In this document: positions 29,601 through 39,787 of the stretch, one piece after another
Layout: each line of letters begins with the position of its first letter
How positions within the stretch are numbered: position 1 is the stretch's first letter
DNA from: Planctomycetota bacterium
GTDB taxonomy: Bacteria > Planctomycetota > UBA8108 > SXIK01
Assembly: GCA_965223845.1 (NCBI GenBank)
Contig: CBDCXR010000004.1
Location: 5,312,001 to 5,376,000, forward strand
Direction: 5' to 3'
DNA: 64,000 nt
The notes under the pieces: model-generated
The model's database searches: none
Told to the model about the DNA's origin: nothing
What the model saw: only the letters and a program-made list of their open reading frames with translations
Made by a program: the position numbers and the translations under genes

Positions 29601-30620
29601 GCTTCGGAACCGTTTGTTCGCTCCGGCGAGATCCTCGCCTACACGATCGAGTTCGAGAACATCGGAGACATCGAAGCTCAGGATGTCTTCCTCACGGACG
29701 CGCTCGACGAGGACCTCGACCTCGCTACCTTGCGCGTGCTCCGGCCCTACGGAGGTCTCGTTCCTCTCCTCCCGGACGTCCCGGTTTCCATCTTCGAGGA
29801 CGACGACGAAAGGTGGATCGTCACTTTGGATGGCGAGACTCGAGTGGTCACGTGGGATCTCCTCGGAATCGATCTTCCGGCGGGGGAAAGTGACAGCGTG
29901 CTGCTCGTTGTTCAGGCGCCCGAGGGCCTCCCGAGCGGCACGGAGCTCGTAAACGAAGCCACGATTCAGTTCGAGGTCTTCGAGACGCTGACGACGAACG
30001 CGACGGTGAACACGATCGATGACATTCCGCCGGTGGCGACGATCGAGCCGCTCCCCGAGATCACCACGTCGCCGTCATTCGAGATCTCGTGGTCTGGAAC
30101 GGATCAGGTCGGGGAGATCGAAATCTACGCGATCTTCGCCTCGACGAACGGCGGGCCGTACGTGCAGATCGAACGCGCTTTCGAACCGGGAACCGCTCTC
30201 TTCGAAGGCGAATTCGGGAGCACTTACAGCTTTCTAGCCATCGCGCGCGACACCGCCGGCAACGTCGAAGAGCTCGACGATGTCGCGGAGGCGACGACCA
30301 TCCTCCGGCGCCCGGGCGCGGCCGTCTTTCACCGAGGAGATCCGAACGCCTCGGATTCCGTCGACATTTCGGACGGCATCTTCATCTTCGAGTTTCTCTT
30401 CAGCGCGAACGCTCCTACGCTGAATTGCCGCGAAGCGGCGGACTCGAACAACGACGGCTCGATCGACATCTCCGACGGCCTCTACCTTCTCAATTGGCTG
30501 TTCGCCGACGGCGCGGAGCTTCCCGCTCCAGGACCGGCGAGCGCGCCGTGTGGTCCCGATCCGGATCCGCCAGGCTCGCCCGGCGATCTCGGTTGTGACG
30601 ACTACGGACCCTGCCAGTAA
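26619..30620 (+). CDS. Large secreted SBBP (beta-propeller) repeat protein with Ig-like, DUF11-like, Cys-rich and C-terminal dockerin-like modules
   Basis: VYPGVDVVYY...LEFDFVVAPGAD...LVIDP, SBBP repeats (AVDADGNVYLTGYT.S.DF; YSTYFG), putative Ig (GEAPYEW...VPEGL), DPNQK...YTIEFEN, and the terminal RGDPN...DISD pair. Confidence 0.88.
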   Translation: MALETRPLSSRSNRSSSFTRRRLASVTRLVLCTALSCVAANADPIESRPITFEPVGSEPSDRYLMRGSAYSAIIEARQIVVSGRGGARPIRIRWVGARSGTTIGAQGRLAGVSNYVLGDQPDEWRLGVPHYRKVVARGVYPGVDVVYYDQGGRLEFDFVVAPGADASLVRFEIVNGNDVEVDAAGDLVMHEPGGAFRLLRPKVYQDVDGERRTIAARYVPARSSSAAATTYAFELASYDTDRPLVIDPILAYARRFGGDALDDVTGVAVDADGNVYLTGYTQSLDFSSPEGEDTVDFGDRGGSDAYALKLSADGSTVLYSTILGGDRPDRSLGIVVDEENNAYLAGTTSFVDSGFPTTEGAYRAAPADFFIAKLGPDGNLEYSTFVGGLNIASFGGLALHGSGESARVAIVGSTVAGFPTTANAFRRGISGPSDTFLFVLEPAGGAPAEQLIYSTYFGSDSFDSGIAVASGPDGKFCVTGTAQGDLPLRHAFDTSREGNREAFLAVFDLGRSGDDSLVYSSYVGGSRDENGAAGDGGVAVDASGVVLVAGTTTSTDFPVTPEGYRVSRESADAFLVAIDPTLPGGDSLVYGTYFGGLGADAGTAVAAGPPGIAYLAGFTSSAELPGRGGDPAEKFGAGARGTGQDAFVAKIDWRRLASDSLIDAAYVGGGGADFARWVVAHDIDTVFLAGDTSSGDAFEPTPGFGQKDGFVARVHTRVQLPDGVVGVSSSDDLELDFGEAPYEWTVMSGDVPEGLVVSGDGVLSGEPETLGDFTFTVEGRDAAGTTRAVTYGKRVGDGATPGDVLIRKAAAIPVPGRTFPYYILLRNRTDRTLYNVGVVEILEFFFQFVSATPAPTLIEPPPTGNVYWTIPEMRPGELKAITYRVRLPDDFPVGIELSGEACLTEEDCGKEKAECFKMGKERCENAGCVGPGSVGSCNLCNKQEGEFCQSEWLRCIALVGKGSSQALEEGSFGGGCWTKRRRTQRPVDPNQKGVASEPFVRSGEILAYTIEFENIGDIEAQDVFLTDALDEDLDLATLRVLRPYGGLVPLLPDVPVSIFEDDDERWIVTLDGETRVVTWDLLGIDLPAGESDSVLLVVQAPEGLPSGTELVNEATIQFEVFETLTTNATVNTIDDIPPVATIEPLPEITTSPSFEISWSGTDQVGEIEIYAIFASTNGGPYVQIERAFEPGTALFEGEFGSTYSFLAIARDTAGNVEELDDVAEATTILRRPGAAVFHRGDPNASDSVDISDGIFIFEFLFSANAPTLNCREAADSNNDGSIDISDGLYLLNWLFADGAELPAPGPASAPCGPDPDPPGSPGDLGCDDYGPCQ

Positions 30621-30690
30621 GGGACGAGCGTCTCGCGCGAAGCGGAAACGGCAAGCGCAGGATCGACGCACCCCGCCGCATCTTGAGGGC

Positions 30691-30721
30691 GAGCCCCGTC
30701 TCGGCCGCCGAGCCGGGGTTC
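30691..30721. terminator. GC-rich hairpin between convergent genes
   Basis: ccccgtctcgg-ccg-ccgagccgggg; no clear U-tract. Confidence 0.35.
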
Positions 30722-30723
30722 AG

Positions 30724-31605
30724 TTAACGTTGAGGGGCCGGCTCCGGAGGAGTCATCGCGAAACAGCGGATGCCGTTCCCGTGCCAGAGCGCCGCTGCGT
30801 GGGACGCGGTGAACGATACGAGGCCTTCGATCGGATCGAACACCTGCACGACGTCACCGTCGACGCGAAGGAGTGCGATCGCGTGGCTCTCGGGTCCCGT
30901 CGCCGGATGGTCGAAGAAGAGAATCGCCGGTGGAGGGACGCCGTCGATGCTCGCGTAGCGCTCGTTGAGCGTCTCCGTCGCGATTCCGAGCTGGTCGAGC
31001 GCGTAACGCATCTGCCCGGGACTCGTCCCGAGCTTCGTCGTACCTAGAAGCGCCGCGGCCTCGCGCTCGGTGATCGAGATTCCAAAACCTTGCGCGATAT
31101 TCGCGACCGTCGCCGCCGCGCAGCTCGAGGGATTCGTTTGGAACCAGAACCCTCGCTGTGTACGCCGCTCTTCGGTCAGCGCCGCCGCGAGCGGGGCATT
31201 CCAATGCACGCTCGCCACGAGAAGGGCCGTGTGCAGAGAAACGACCGCGAGCGTGAGACGGCGGCGGCGCGGATCGCTCGATCGGCGGAGCGCGTACAAA
31301 GAAAACCCAGAGAGGACTGCGAAGAGAAACCCGATCGTCCCCCACGTCGCGAGCGCGGCGTCGCGCTGCAGGCGAAGCGGGAGGATCTGCGCCACGCGAT
31401 CGGACAGCTGCGCCGTCAGAGGCAGCACGACGACGAGCAAGCAGGCGATCGAGATCACGAGCAGCAAGGGCGCGTCGCGAAGGGCGGAGTCGATATCCAT
31501 CGCGGGGTGCGACCGGCGTGCGCGCCGGGCCAGCATCACTCCGAGCGCGCTGCCTACGAGCAGCACGGTCAGCGAAAACACGGCGACCCCGACCACTCTC
31601 TTCAC
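30724..31605 (-). CDS. Membrane protein with a C-terminal peptidase C39-like domain
   Basis: About four hydrophobic segments, then FQTNPSSCAAA (Q/C), ESHAIAL (H), VFDP (D). Confidence 0.78.
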   Translation of the reverse strand: MKRVVGVAVFSLTVLLVGSALGVMLARRARRSHPAMDIDSALRDAPLLLVISIACLLVVVLPLTAQLSDRVAQILPLRLQRDAALATWGTIGFLFAVLSGFSLYALRRSSDPRRRRLTLAVVSLHTALLVASVHWNAPLAAALTEERRTQRGFWFQTNPSSCAAATVANIAQGFGISITEREAAALLGTTKLGTSPGQMRYALDQLGIATETLNERYASIDGVPPPAILFFDHPATGPESHAIALLRVDGDVVQVFDPIEGLVSFTASHAAALWHGNGIRCFAMTPPEPAPQR

Positions 31606-31758
31606 CTCGGATGAAACTCTTCTCCGTGCGCGCAGCTCGCTGCCGCAACGCCGCCTCGGCCGACTCGCAACCTCGGCCGAACGCTCGGTTCCGGTATAAT
31701 GCTGCGGTCACCGAAATGCACGTCTCGACTTTCATCCACGTTCAATTGCGGAGCCGGC

Positions 31759-32604
31759 ATGAATCGCATCTTATGTTCCGTGGTCGCCACACTACCGATC
31801 GCCGCCCTCGCATCGTTCGCGGATGAAACGCGCTCGAACGCCGACGTCGTCGACGCCGAGCCGCTCGCCGAGGCCCACGCGCATAACGACTATTACCATC
31901 CGCGGCCTTGCCTCGACGCGCTCGCCCACGGATTCACGAGCGTCGAAGCCGATATCTTCCTCGTCGACGGAGCGCTCCTCGTCGGGCACAGCCGCGACGA
32001 GCTCCGCCGCGACCGAACGCTCGAGCGTCTCTACCTCGATCCGCTGCGCGCTCGCGTCGCGCGCAACGGAGGGCGCGTCTTCAAGGACACGCCTTCGTTC
32101 ACGCTGCTCATCGATCTCAAGTCGGAGGGAGAGACGACCTACCGTGCCCTCTCCCGCGTCCTCGCCGGCTACGCCGACATGCTGACGACGATTCGGGACG
32201 GCAAGGTCGAACGGAAGGCGGTGACCGTCGTAATCAGTGGCAACCGTCCCCACGCGGTCGTCGCGGCCGAGCGAGTGCGTTACTCGGGGATCGACGGTCG
32301 GCTCCCCGATCTCGACGCGCCGAAGCCCGTCCATCTGATGCCACTCATCAGCGACCGCTGGACGAGCCACTTCAAGTGGCGCGGCGAGGGTGCGATCTCG
32401 GCGGAAGAGAGGGCCAAGCTGCGGACACTCGTCCGGCGTGCACATGAGCGCGGCCAACGAATTCGTTTCTGGGCTACGGCCGATGTTCCCGCGATGTGGG
32501 AAGAGCTCCTTGCGGCGGGTGTCGATCACATCAACACGGACGATCTCTGTGGACTGCAGCGCTTCCTCTTGAGCAAGAAGCGCAAGGGAGCCGCGACCAG
32601 ATGA
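31759..32604 (+). CDS. Exported PI-PLC / glycerophosphodiester phosphodiesterase-like protein
   Basis: Signal peptide; AHAHNDY, SVEADIF, LLVGH, LLIDLK, VISGNRP, RFWAT, INTD. Confidence 0.87.
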   Translation: MNRILCSVVATLPIAALASFADETRSNADVVDAEPLAEAHAHNDYYHPRPCLDALAHGFTSVEADIFLVDGALLVGHSRDELRRDRTLERLYLDPLRARVARNGGRVFKDTPSFTLLIDLKSEGETTYRALSRVLAGYADMLTTIRDGKVERKAVTVVISGNRPHAVVAAERVRYSGIDGRLPDLDAPKPVHLMPLISDRWTSHFKWRGEGAISAEERAKLRTLVRRAHERGQRIRFWATADVPAMWEELLAAGVDHINTDDLCGLQRFLLSKKRKGAATR

Positions 32605-32862
32605 ACGAGCCGTCTTCCTCTAGAAACACCGCGCACCGGGTCGCTGATCGTAGGGTCGCTCGCTAGACATCGCCTCGTTCTTCGAGCGAGCCCGCCGGCT
32701 CCCTTCGCACTGCTGAACGGTGCCGATCGAGACGCACGCCGAACCTGATCCGCGATGAAGGTGTTCCCCTACTTCATTCGCTGAGACGCCAAAGTTGATG
32801 ACGCTCCGTTCACGACCAAATCGATCCACCACGTACGGCGTCGAATTGGTATCTGGTGAGAC

Positions 32863-33378
32863 ATGCAGACTGAATCTTCCGACCTCGCTTCCTTCGATCC
32901 GTATTCGTTCGTCTCGTACGAGCACGAACGCGATCAGAGCAGTGTCATCGCCTTGATCGGCGCTTGCTACGGCGGATACGGACAAAAGCTCGAACTCGAG
33001 ACTCTCGACGACGACCTGCTTCGGATCCCGTCCGTTTATCCTCCCGGGCCGAACACGTTTCGCGTCCTCCGCGCGGGCGAACGGGTCGTCGGCACCGTAG
33101 CGGTGAAGGCGCGAAGTGAGACAGAGGCGGAGCTCAAGCGAGTGTTTCTCGATCCCGATCTCCGCGGTCGCGGAACGGGAAAGCAGCTCGTCCTCTGGGC
33201 CGTGGACTGGGCGCGAACGCGCGGCTATAACGTCCTTCACATTTGGTCGGACGCGCTCTACGACACCGCGCACCGCCTCTACCGCCGCATCGGTGCGGTG
33301 GAAACGGGCGAGCAGCGCCATCTCGGCGGCATCAACAACGTCGACGAGCTCTACTTTCGCCTCGATCTTTCGCGGTAG
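32863..33378 (+). CDS. GNAT family N-acetyltransferase
   Basis: VVGTVAV, ELKRVFLDPDLRGRGTGKQL, AHRLYRRIG. Confidence 0.88.
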   Translation: MQTESSDLASFDPYSFVSYEHERDQSSVIALIGACYGGYGQKLELETLDDDLLRIPSVYPPGPNTFRVLRAGERVVGTVAVKARSETEAELKRVFLDPDLRGRGTGKQLVLWAVDWARTRGYNVLHIWSDALYDTAHRLYRRIGAVETGEQRHLGGINNVDELYFRLDLSR

Positions 33379-33431
33379 AGCTCCCGGGCGCGATCACGAA
33401 GCCGCCGGCGCGAAGACGAGAGGTCGAGATC

Positions 33432-34469
33432 ATGGAACTCCACCGGACGTCCATTGGATCACTCCCGAGCGGTGACGAGGTGGAAGAATTCGCGATCGCG
33501 TCGCCCTCCGGCGTCCGCATCCGCGTGATGAGCTTCGGCGCGATCTTGACCTCGGTCGAAACTCCGGACCGGGCCGGAAATCCGGGCGAGATCACGCTCG
33601 GCTTCGACGGCCTCTCCGGCTACCTCGGAGAACACCCCTACTTCGGTGCAACCGTCGGCCGCTACGGGAACCGCATCGCGAGCGGAAAGTTTACGCTCGA
33701 AGGTCGAGAGTACACGCTCGCGAGAAACAACGGTCCGAATCATTTGCACGGCGGGATCCGTGGCTTCGACAAGGTTCTCTGGTCCGCGAATCCATCCGCG
33801 AACGACGGCAACGCTGCCGTCACGTTCTCTTACACGAGCCACGACGGTGAAGAGGGATACCCCGGCGCGCTCGCCACGGAAGTGACGTACCGCCTCACGC
33901 GGTCGGGCGAGCTCTCGTTCGAATACCGTGCGACGACCGATCGACCCACCCACGTCAATCTCACGAACCACGCGTACTGGAACCTCGCCGGAGCGGGATC
34001 GGGCGACGTGCTCTCACACGAGCTCACACTGAACGCTTCACGCTATTTACCGGTCGACGGCTCTCTCATCCCGACGGGCGAGCTCGCGGACGTTCGGGGA
34101 ACGCCGATGGACTTCACCTCGCCGCACTCTATCGGCAGCCGCATCGCCGAAGTCGACGGCGGCTACGACCATTGCTACGTCGTCGACGGGACGAACGGCG
34201 AGCTCCGACTTGCGGCGCACGCGAGTGACCCGTCCTCCGGCCGCACGATGGAAGTGTGGACTACGGAGCCCGGAATTCAGCTTTACACCGGCAATTTCCT
34301 CGACGGGATTCGCGGCCGTTCCGGGGCCACGTACGAAAAGCAGCACGCGTTCTGTCTCGAGACTCAGCACTTTCCCGACTCGCCGAACCAGCAACGGTTT
34401 CCCTCGACGCGGCTGGATCCCGCCTCGACGTTCGAGTCGAGGACCGTGCATCGCTTTGCGGCCGAGTAG
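33432..34469 (+). CDS. galM: Aldose 1-epimerase (galactose mutarotase)
   Basis: YFGATVGRYGNRI, NHLHGG, EEGYPG, NLTNHAYWNL, GYDHCY, PGIQLYTGNFL, FCLETQHFPDSPN. Confidence 0.95.
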   Translation: MELHRTSIGSLPSGDEVEEFAIASPSGVRIRVMSFGAILTSVETPDRAGNPGEITLGFDGLSGYLGEHPYFGATVGRYGNRIASGKFTLEGREYTLARNNGPNHLHGGIRGFDKVLWSANPSANDGNAAVTFSYTSHDGEEGYPGALATEVTYRLTRSGELSFEYRATTDRPTHVNLTNHAYWNLAGAGSGDVLSHELTLNASRYLPVDGSLIPTGELADVRGTPMDFTSPHSIGSRIAEVDGGYDHCYVVDGTNGELRLAAHASDPSSGRTMEVWTTEPGIQLYTGNFLDGIRGRSGATYEKQHAFCLETQHFPDSPNQQRFPSTRLDPASTFESRTVHRFAAE

Positions 34470-34504
34470 ACCTTCGCGCGACGAACGAGGAGCGATCGAC
34501 AGCA

Positions 34505-35794
34505 ATGAAGCACTCTTTTCGGACGCGCCTGATTCCCCGCCGCAGCTTTCTCGCTCGCGCACTCGCGAGCGCCGGGCTCGCGAGCGGCGTTTCGGGCTGC
34601 GCCGGGCTCGGTCGGACAGAGTCGTCCGAACGCGCCGCGACGAAACCGAGCGGCGTCGACACCGATCCCGCCGAACCGATCCGAGGAAGCATTCGCGTCA
34701 CGCGCCTCGAGACGATGCTCGTCGAGCCGCGCTGGCTCTTCCTCCGCATCCACACGGACGAGGGCATCACCGGCCTCGGCGAGCCGATCCTCGAGGGCCG
34801 CGCTCTCACGTGCGCAAAGGCCGTCGAGGAGATCGCGCCCTATCTCATCGGGAAGGATGCGCGGCGGATCGTCCACCACTGGCAAGCGATCTATCGCCAC
34901 GCGTTCTATCGCGGAGGGCCGATCCTCACGAGCGCGCTGAGCGGAGTCGAGCAGGCCCTCTGGGACATCAAAGGGAAGGCGCTCGGAATTCCCGTCCATG
35001 AATTCTTCGGTGGACCGACTCGCGATCGCGTTCGCCTCTACGCGGCGGTGAGCACGCCCGAAGACCTCCGCAAGAAACGAGCCGAGGGCTTCACCGCGTT
35101 TAAGACGGGCGTCGACGGCGGTCGCGCAGTTCCGATCGTCGCGTCGCCGAAGTTCATCGCGAAAGCGACGGACTCCTTCGCCGCCCTCCGCGATGCCGGC
35201 GGGCTCGAAGTCGACATCGGCATCGACTTTCACGGCGAGGTGAGCCCGCAGACGGCCAAGCTCCTCATCAAGGCGCTCGAACCCTATCAACCGATGTTCA
35301 TCGAAGAGCCGGTTCAGTGCCAGAACGTCGACGTGATGGCCGACATCGCTCGGTCGACACACCTTCCGATCGCGACGGGCGAACGCATCTTCACGAAGTG
35401 GGGATTTCGCGAAATCCTCGAAAAGGGCGCGGCGAGCATCCTCCAGCCCGATCTGTGCCACGCCGGTGGCATCATGGAGGTTCGCCTCATCGCGGGAATG
35501 GCAGAGGCTTACTACGCCGCGGTCGCGCCGCACAATCCACTCGGTCCGATTTCGCTCGCCGCGGGGCTTCAACTCGCCGCGTCGATTCCAAACTTTCTCT
35601 GCCAAGAGCATCGATCCCTCGGTGAGGGCTATCTCAAGGAACCGTTCGTGCTTCGCGACGGATTCGTCGAGACGCCGAGGAAGCCGGGCCTCGGCGTCGA
35701 GCTCGACGACGACGCTCTCGCCGACAAGATCCCGCACGAGTGGCGAAACCTCGAAACCTACGATCCCGACGACGGCTCGGTGATCGATTGGTGA
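34505..35794 (+). CDS. dgoD: Galactonate dehydratase (enolase superfamily) with Tat/lipoprotein leader
   Basis: PRWLFLRI.TDEGITGLGEP, FYRGGPIL.SALSG, ALWDIKGK, IDFHG, FIEEP, ATGER, QPDL.HAGG, APHNP. Leader RRSFL...GVSGC. Confidence 0.88.
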   Translation: MKHSFRTRLIPRRSFLARALASAGLASGVSGCAGLGRTESSERAATKPSGVDTDPAEPIRGSIRVTRLETMLVEPRWLFLRIHTDEGITGLGEPILEGRALTCAKAVEEIAPYLIGKDARRIVHHWQAIYRHAFYRGGPILTSALSGVEQALWDIKGKALGIPVHEFFGGPTRDRVRLYAAVSTPEDLRKKRAEGFTAFKTGVDGGRAVPIVASPKFIAKATDSFAALRDAGGLEVDIGIDFHGEVSPQTAKLLIKALEPYQPMFIEEPVQCQNVDVMADIARSTHLPIATGERIFTKWGFREILEKGAASILQPDLCHAGGIMEVRLIAGMAEAYYAAVAPHNPLGPISLAAGLQLAASIPNFLCQEHRSLGEGYLKEPFVLRDGFVETPRKPGLGVELDDDALADKIPHEWRNLETYDPDDGSVIDW

Positions 35795-35857
35795 CGGCCT
35801 GGCGTCGCCGCGCGGTTTCTCGGTAGTATCGGCTTCCTATCAGAAGAGATGGTTCAC

Positions 35858-35946
<89 letters not shown>

Positions 35947-35948
35947 TT

Positions 35949-37862
35949 TTGTGGATGAGTGAGATTCAGAATGTGGCGGGATTTGGCCGGTATGGTTTGT
36001 TTGCCGGTACGTTCGACTTGAGGGTCGCTCGATCGTGTACACGGTTTCGCCCCGCCGTTGTTTGTTGCCTTCTTTTCACTGCCGCGCTCGCCCCGTCGTG
36101 TTCTGCTCCGCCGCCTCTCTCCGGTCCGCTGAAGACTCGCTGGGCTGAGAGCGCGCGCCGGTCGATCCCCCATCCCGAGTATCCGCGGCCGCACTTCGTG
36201 CGCGAGGATTGGGAGAATCTGAACGGACGATGGCAGTTCGAGGTCGCGCGGCCCGGCGAGGCGCCGCCGTTCGGCCGCGATCTCGAGCGCGAAGTGCTCG
36301 TCCCCTTTCCGATCGAGTCCGCTCTCTCCGGCGTCAAAGAACACGCCGAGCGAGTGTGGTATCGGCGGGAGATCGACGTTCCGCGCTCCATGCGCCGCGG
36401 CGGACGCGTGATTCTTCACTTCGGTGCAGTCGACTGGGAGACGACGGTCTACGTCAATCGCCGTCTCGTCGGAACGCACCGCGGCGGCTACGACAGCTTC
36501 TCGTTCGACATCGCGCCGTTCCTGAAGGGCGGGCGGAGGCAGGAGCTCGTTGTCGGCGTCTACGATCCCACCGACTCCGGTGAGCAACCGCGCGGCAAGC
36601 AGGCGCGGGAACCGAAGGGCATCTGGTACACGCCGACGACAGGAATCTGGCAGACGGTCTGGCTCGAGCCGCTCCCGAAGGCGAGTATCGCGACGATCGA
36701 GATCGATCCCGATGTCGATGCCGGTACGGCTCGGATCCGCGTCCGCGGCGACGGAACCGATGCGTCGTACAGCGTCTTTGTCGTCGCTTCGGCCGGCGGC
36801 GAAGACCTTGTGAGCGCGACCGGACCGATCGGCGCGGAGCTCAACCTCCCACTCGAGAACCCGCGTCTCTGGTCGCCGGACGATCCGTTTCTTTACGATT
36901 TGCGCGTTTCGCTCTTCGACGAGCAGCGCCGACCCGCCGATCGCGTCGACACCTACTTCGGCATGCGAAAGATCTCCATCGCGAAGGATGCGAATGGAGT
37001 CTCGCGCGTGCATCTCAACGGTCGGTTCACGTTTCAGATCGGTCCACTCGACCAAGGATTCTGGCCCGCTGGTCTCTACACCGCCCCGGGTGACGAGGCG
37101 ATCCGCACGGACATCGAGACGATGAAGCGGCTCGGGTTCAATATGGTGAGAAAGCACGTCAAGATCGAACCCTCGCGCTGGTACTACTGGTGCGATCGAC
37201 TCGGCCTCCTCGTTTGGCAGGACATGCCGAACGGCGGCCCGCATATCGGCAAGGGAGAAGGCGAGGGCGAGCGGAGCGAGGAATCCGCGCGTCAGTTCGA
37301 GGCCGAGCTCGCCGCGCTCGTTCGCGGTCGTTCCGCTCACCCGTCGATCATCGCGTGGGTGATCTTCAACGAGGGCTGGGGACAGCACGCGACCGAACGA
37401 CTCACCGCGCGCGTGCGCGCGCTCGACCCGTCGCGCCTGGTGACGAGTGCGAGCGGGTGGAACGATCTCGGAACGGGGGACGTCCACGACGTCCACGCGT
37501 ATCCCGGGCCCACCGCGCCCGAACCTAGTTCAAACGGCGGCGCCCGCGCCCTCGTCCTCGGCGAGTACGGCGGCTTCGGCCTGCCGATCGAAGGGCACAC
37601 CTGGCAGCAGAAGGACAACTGGGGCTATCGAAACCTGTCCTCGCGCGAGGAGCTGCTCGCGGAGTACCTGCGACTCCTCGATGAGCTGCGGCCGCTCATC
37701 CAGAGCCCCGGGCTCAGCGCAGCGGTCTACACTCAGCTCACGGACGTCGAGATCGAAGTGAACGGCCTTCTCACCTACGATCGAGAACGGCTGAAAGTCG
37801 ATGCCGATCGACTCGCGGCCGCACACGCCGAGCTGATTCGCGCAGCATCCGCGGCGCCGTAG
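35949..37862 (+). CDS. Glycoside hydrolase family 2 (beta-galactosidase-like), probable lipoprotein
   Basis: PEYPRP, NLNGRW, VPFPIES.LSG, LHFGAVD, GIWQTVWLE, GPLDQGFWP, RKHVK, WVIFNEGWG, GEYGG, YTQLTDVE.EVNG. True start probably slightly downstream. Confidence 0.9.
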   Translation: MWMSEIQNVAGFGRYGLFAGTFDLRVARSCTRFRPAVVCCLLFTAALAPSCSAPPPLSGPLKTRWAESARRSIPHPEYPRPHFVREDWENLNGRWQFEVARPGEAPPFGRDLEREVLVPFPIESALSGVKEHAERVWYRREIDVPRSMRRGGRVILHFGAVDWETTVYVNRRLVGTHRGGYDSFSFDIAPFLKGGRRQELVVGVYDPTDSGEQPRGKQAREPKGIWYTPTTGIWQTVWLEPLPKASIATIEIDPDVDAGTARIRVRGDGTDASYSVFVVASAGGEDLVSATGPIGAELNLPLENPRLWSPDDPFLYDLRVSLFDEQRRPADRVDTYFGMRKISIAKDANGVSRVHLNGRFTFQIGPLDQGFWPAGLYTAPGDEAIRTDIETMKRLGFNMVRKHVKIEPSRWYYWCDRLGLLVWQDMPNGGPHIGKGEGEGERSEESARQFEAELAALVRGRSAHPSIIAWVIFNEGWGQHATERLTARVRALDPSRLVTSASGWNDLGTGDVHDVHAYPGPTAPEPSSNGGARALVLGEYGGFGLPIEGHTWQQKDNWGYRNLSSREELLAEYLRLLDELRPLIQSPGLSAAVYTQLTDVEIEVNGLLTYDRERLKVDADRLAAAHAELIRAASAAP

Positions 37863-38028
37863 AGCAGAAACCCTACCGCCCCTAGCCGAAGCTCCGCCGG
37901 GTGTAGGCCTCGAGAGACGCCTGCGATAAAATGTCCAGATTCGTCGCGGCGGCGGTCGACCGCGCAGGCGGCGTCCGTCTTCTTCCGCAAACTCTTTCTC
38001 TCGATCGCGGCACCGGTCCGATCTTCCT

Positions 38029-39720
38029 ATGAGCGACACCACCACCCGACGTCTCAACAAGTTCAGCGCGACGATCACGCAAGCGAAATCGCAGGGCGCC
38101 TCGCAGGCCATGCTCTATGCGACCGGCCTCACCGAAGAGGACATGTCGAAGCCTCAAGTCGGGATCGCGAGCGTCTGGTACGAGGGGAACTCGTGCAATA
38201 TGCACCTCCTCGACCTCGCGGCGGCCGTGAAAGAAGGAGTGAAAGCAGCCGGCCTCGTCGGGCTCCGGTTCAACACGATCGGAGTGAGCGACGGGATCTC
38301 GATGGGCACATCGGGGATGAGCTACTCGCTTCAGTCACGAGACCTGATCGCCGACTCGATCGAGACCGTGATGGAAGCGCAGTGGTACGATGCCTGCATC
38401 ACTCTTCCCGGCTGCGACAAAAACATGCCCGGCTGCCTCATCGCGATGGGTCGAGTGAATCGTCCGTCGCTCATGGTCTACGGCGGCACGATCAAGCCTG
38501 GGCGCCGGGGCGATGACAAGCTCGACATCGTTTCCGCGTTCCAGTGCTACGGCGAGTTCATCGCCGGACACATCGACGAAAGTGAGCGGCGCGCGATTGT
38601 CCGTCAGAGTTGTCCCGGTGCGGGCGCCTGTGGCGGAATGTACACGGCGAACACGATGGCGTCGGCGATCGAGGCCATGGGGATGTCGCTTCCTTACAGC
38701 TCGTCGATTCCCGCGGAGGACGAAGGAAAGCTCGAGGAATGCGTTCGCGCCGGCGAGGCGATCCGCCGCCTACTCGAGCTCGATCTGAAACCGCGCGACA
38801 TCATGACGCGCGAGGCCTTCGAGAACGCCCTCGCCGTCGTCATGGTGCTCGGCGGATCGACGAACGCGGTGCTCCATCTCATCGCGATGGCGCGCGCGGT
38901 GGGAGTCGAGCTCACGATCGACGACTTTCAGTCGGCGAGCGATCGCATCCCGTTTCTCGCGGATCTGAAGCCGAGCGGACGCTACGTTCAGGAAGATCTT
39001 CACCACGTCGGTGGACTCCCCGCCGTGCTCAAGATGCTCCTCGCGGAAGGCTTGGTTCACGGGGACTGCATGACGGTCACGGGAAAGACCCTCGCCGAGA
39101 ACATCGCGGATCTCCCGGGATTCGATGAGGGGCAGGACGTCGTTCGTCCGCTCTCGAATCCCATCAAGCCGACGGGACACATCCAGATCCTCAAGGGCTC
39201 CCTCGCACCGGAAGGTGCCGTCGCGAAGATCACCGGTAAGGAGGGTGAGACATTCAGCGGTCCGGCCCGCGTGTACGACTCCGAAGAGGAGATGCTCGCT
39301 GCTCTCGAGCGGCACGAAATCGAGAAGGGCGACGTCGTCGTGATCCGCTACGAAGGTCCCCAGGGAGGACCCGGCATGCCGGAGATGCTGACCCCCACCT
39401 CCGCGATCATGGGCGCGGGTCTCGGCGCGCATGTCGCGCTCATTACCGACGGACGATTCTCCGGCGGCTCGCACGGATTCATCGTCGGTCACGTGACTCC
39501 CGAAGCCCAGGTAGGCGGCCCGATCGCACTCCTTCGCGACGGAGACGCGATTACGATCGACGCCAAAGAGAATCGTCTCGAAGTCGAACTCGATGCGGCG
39601 GAGCTCGCGCGGCGACGGTCCGAGTGGACTGCCCCGCCTCTCAAGGCGACGCGCGGCACTCTCTACAAGTACATCCGCCGCGTGAAATCCGCCTCGGAAG
39701 GCTGCGTGACGGACGAATGA
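38029..39720 (+). CDS. ilvD: Dihydroxy-acid dehydratase
   Basis: [58 protein letters not shown]. Confidence 0.96.
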   Translation: MSDTTTRRLNKFSATITQAKSQGASQAMLYATGLTEEDMSKPQVGIASVWYEGNSCNMHLLDLAAAVKEGVKAAGLVGLRFNTIGVSDGISMGTSGMSYSLQSRDLIADSIETVMEAQWYDACITLPGCDKNMPGCLIAMGRVNRPSLMVYGGTIKPGRRGDDKLDIVSAFQCYGEFIAGHIDESERRAIVRQSCPGAGACGGMYTANTMASAIEAMGMSLPYSSSIPAEDEGKLEECVRAGEAIRRLLELDLKPRDIMTREAFENALAVVMVLGGSTNAVLHLIAMARAVGVELTIDDFQSASDRIPFLADLKPSGRYVQEDLHHVGGLPAVLKMLLAEGLVHGDCMTVTGKTLAENIADLPGFDEGQDVVRPLSNPIKPTGHIQILKGSLAPEGAVAKITGKEGETFSGPARVYDSEEEMLAALERHEIEKGDVVVIRYEGPQGGPGMPEMLTPTSAIMGAGLGAHVALITDGRFSGGSHGFIVGHVTPEAQVGGPIALLRDGDAITIDAKENRLEVELDAAELARRRSEWTAPPLKATRGTLYKYIRRVKSASEGCVTDE

Positions 39721-39787
39721 AGCGGTGCTTCCCGTTTGTCCGTAAGACGATAGGCGTCGGGAAGAGCCTCGAGTCGGAACGACGAAC

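Noticed and set aside
32750-32812. Fluoride-riboswitch-like words (GCGATG...GTGTTC...TGATGAC) upstream of the GNAT gene
   Set aside because: The P1 stem and spacing do not fit, and the downstream gene is not a typical fluoride-response gene.
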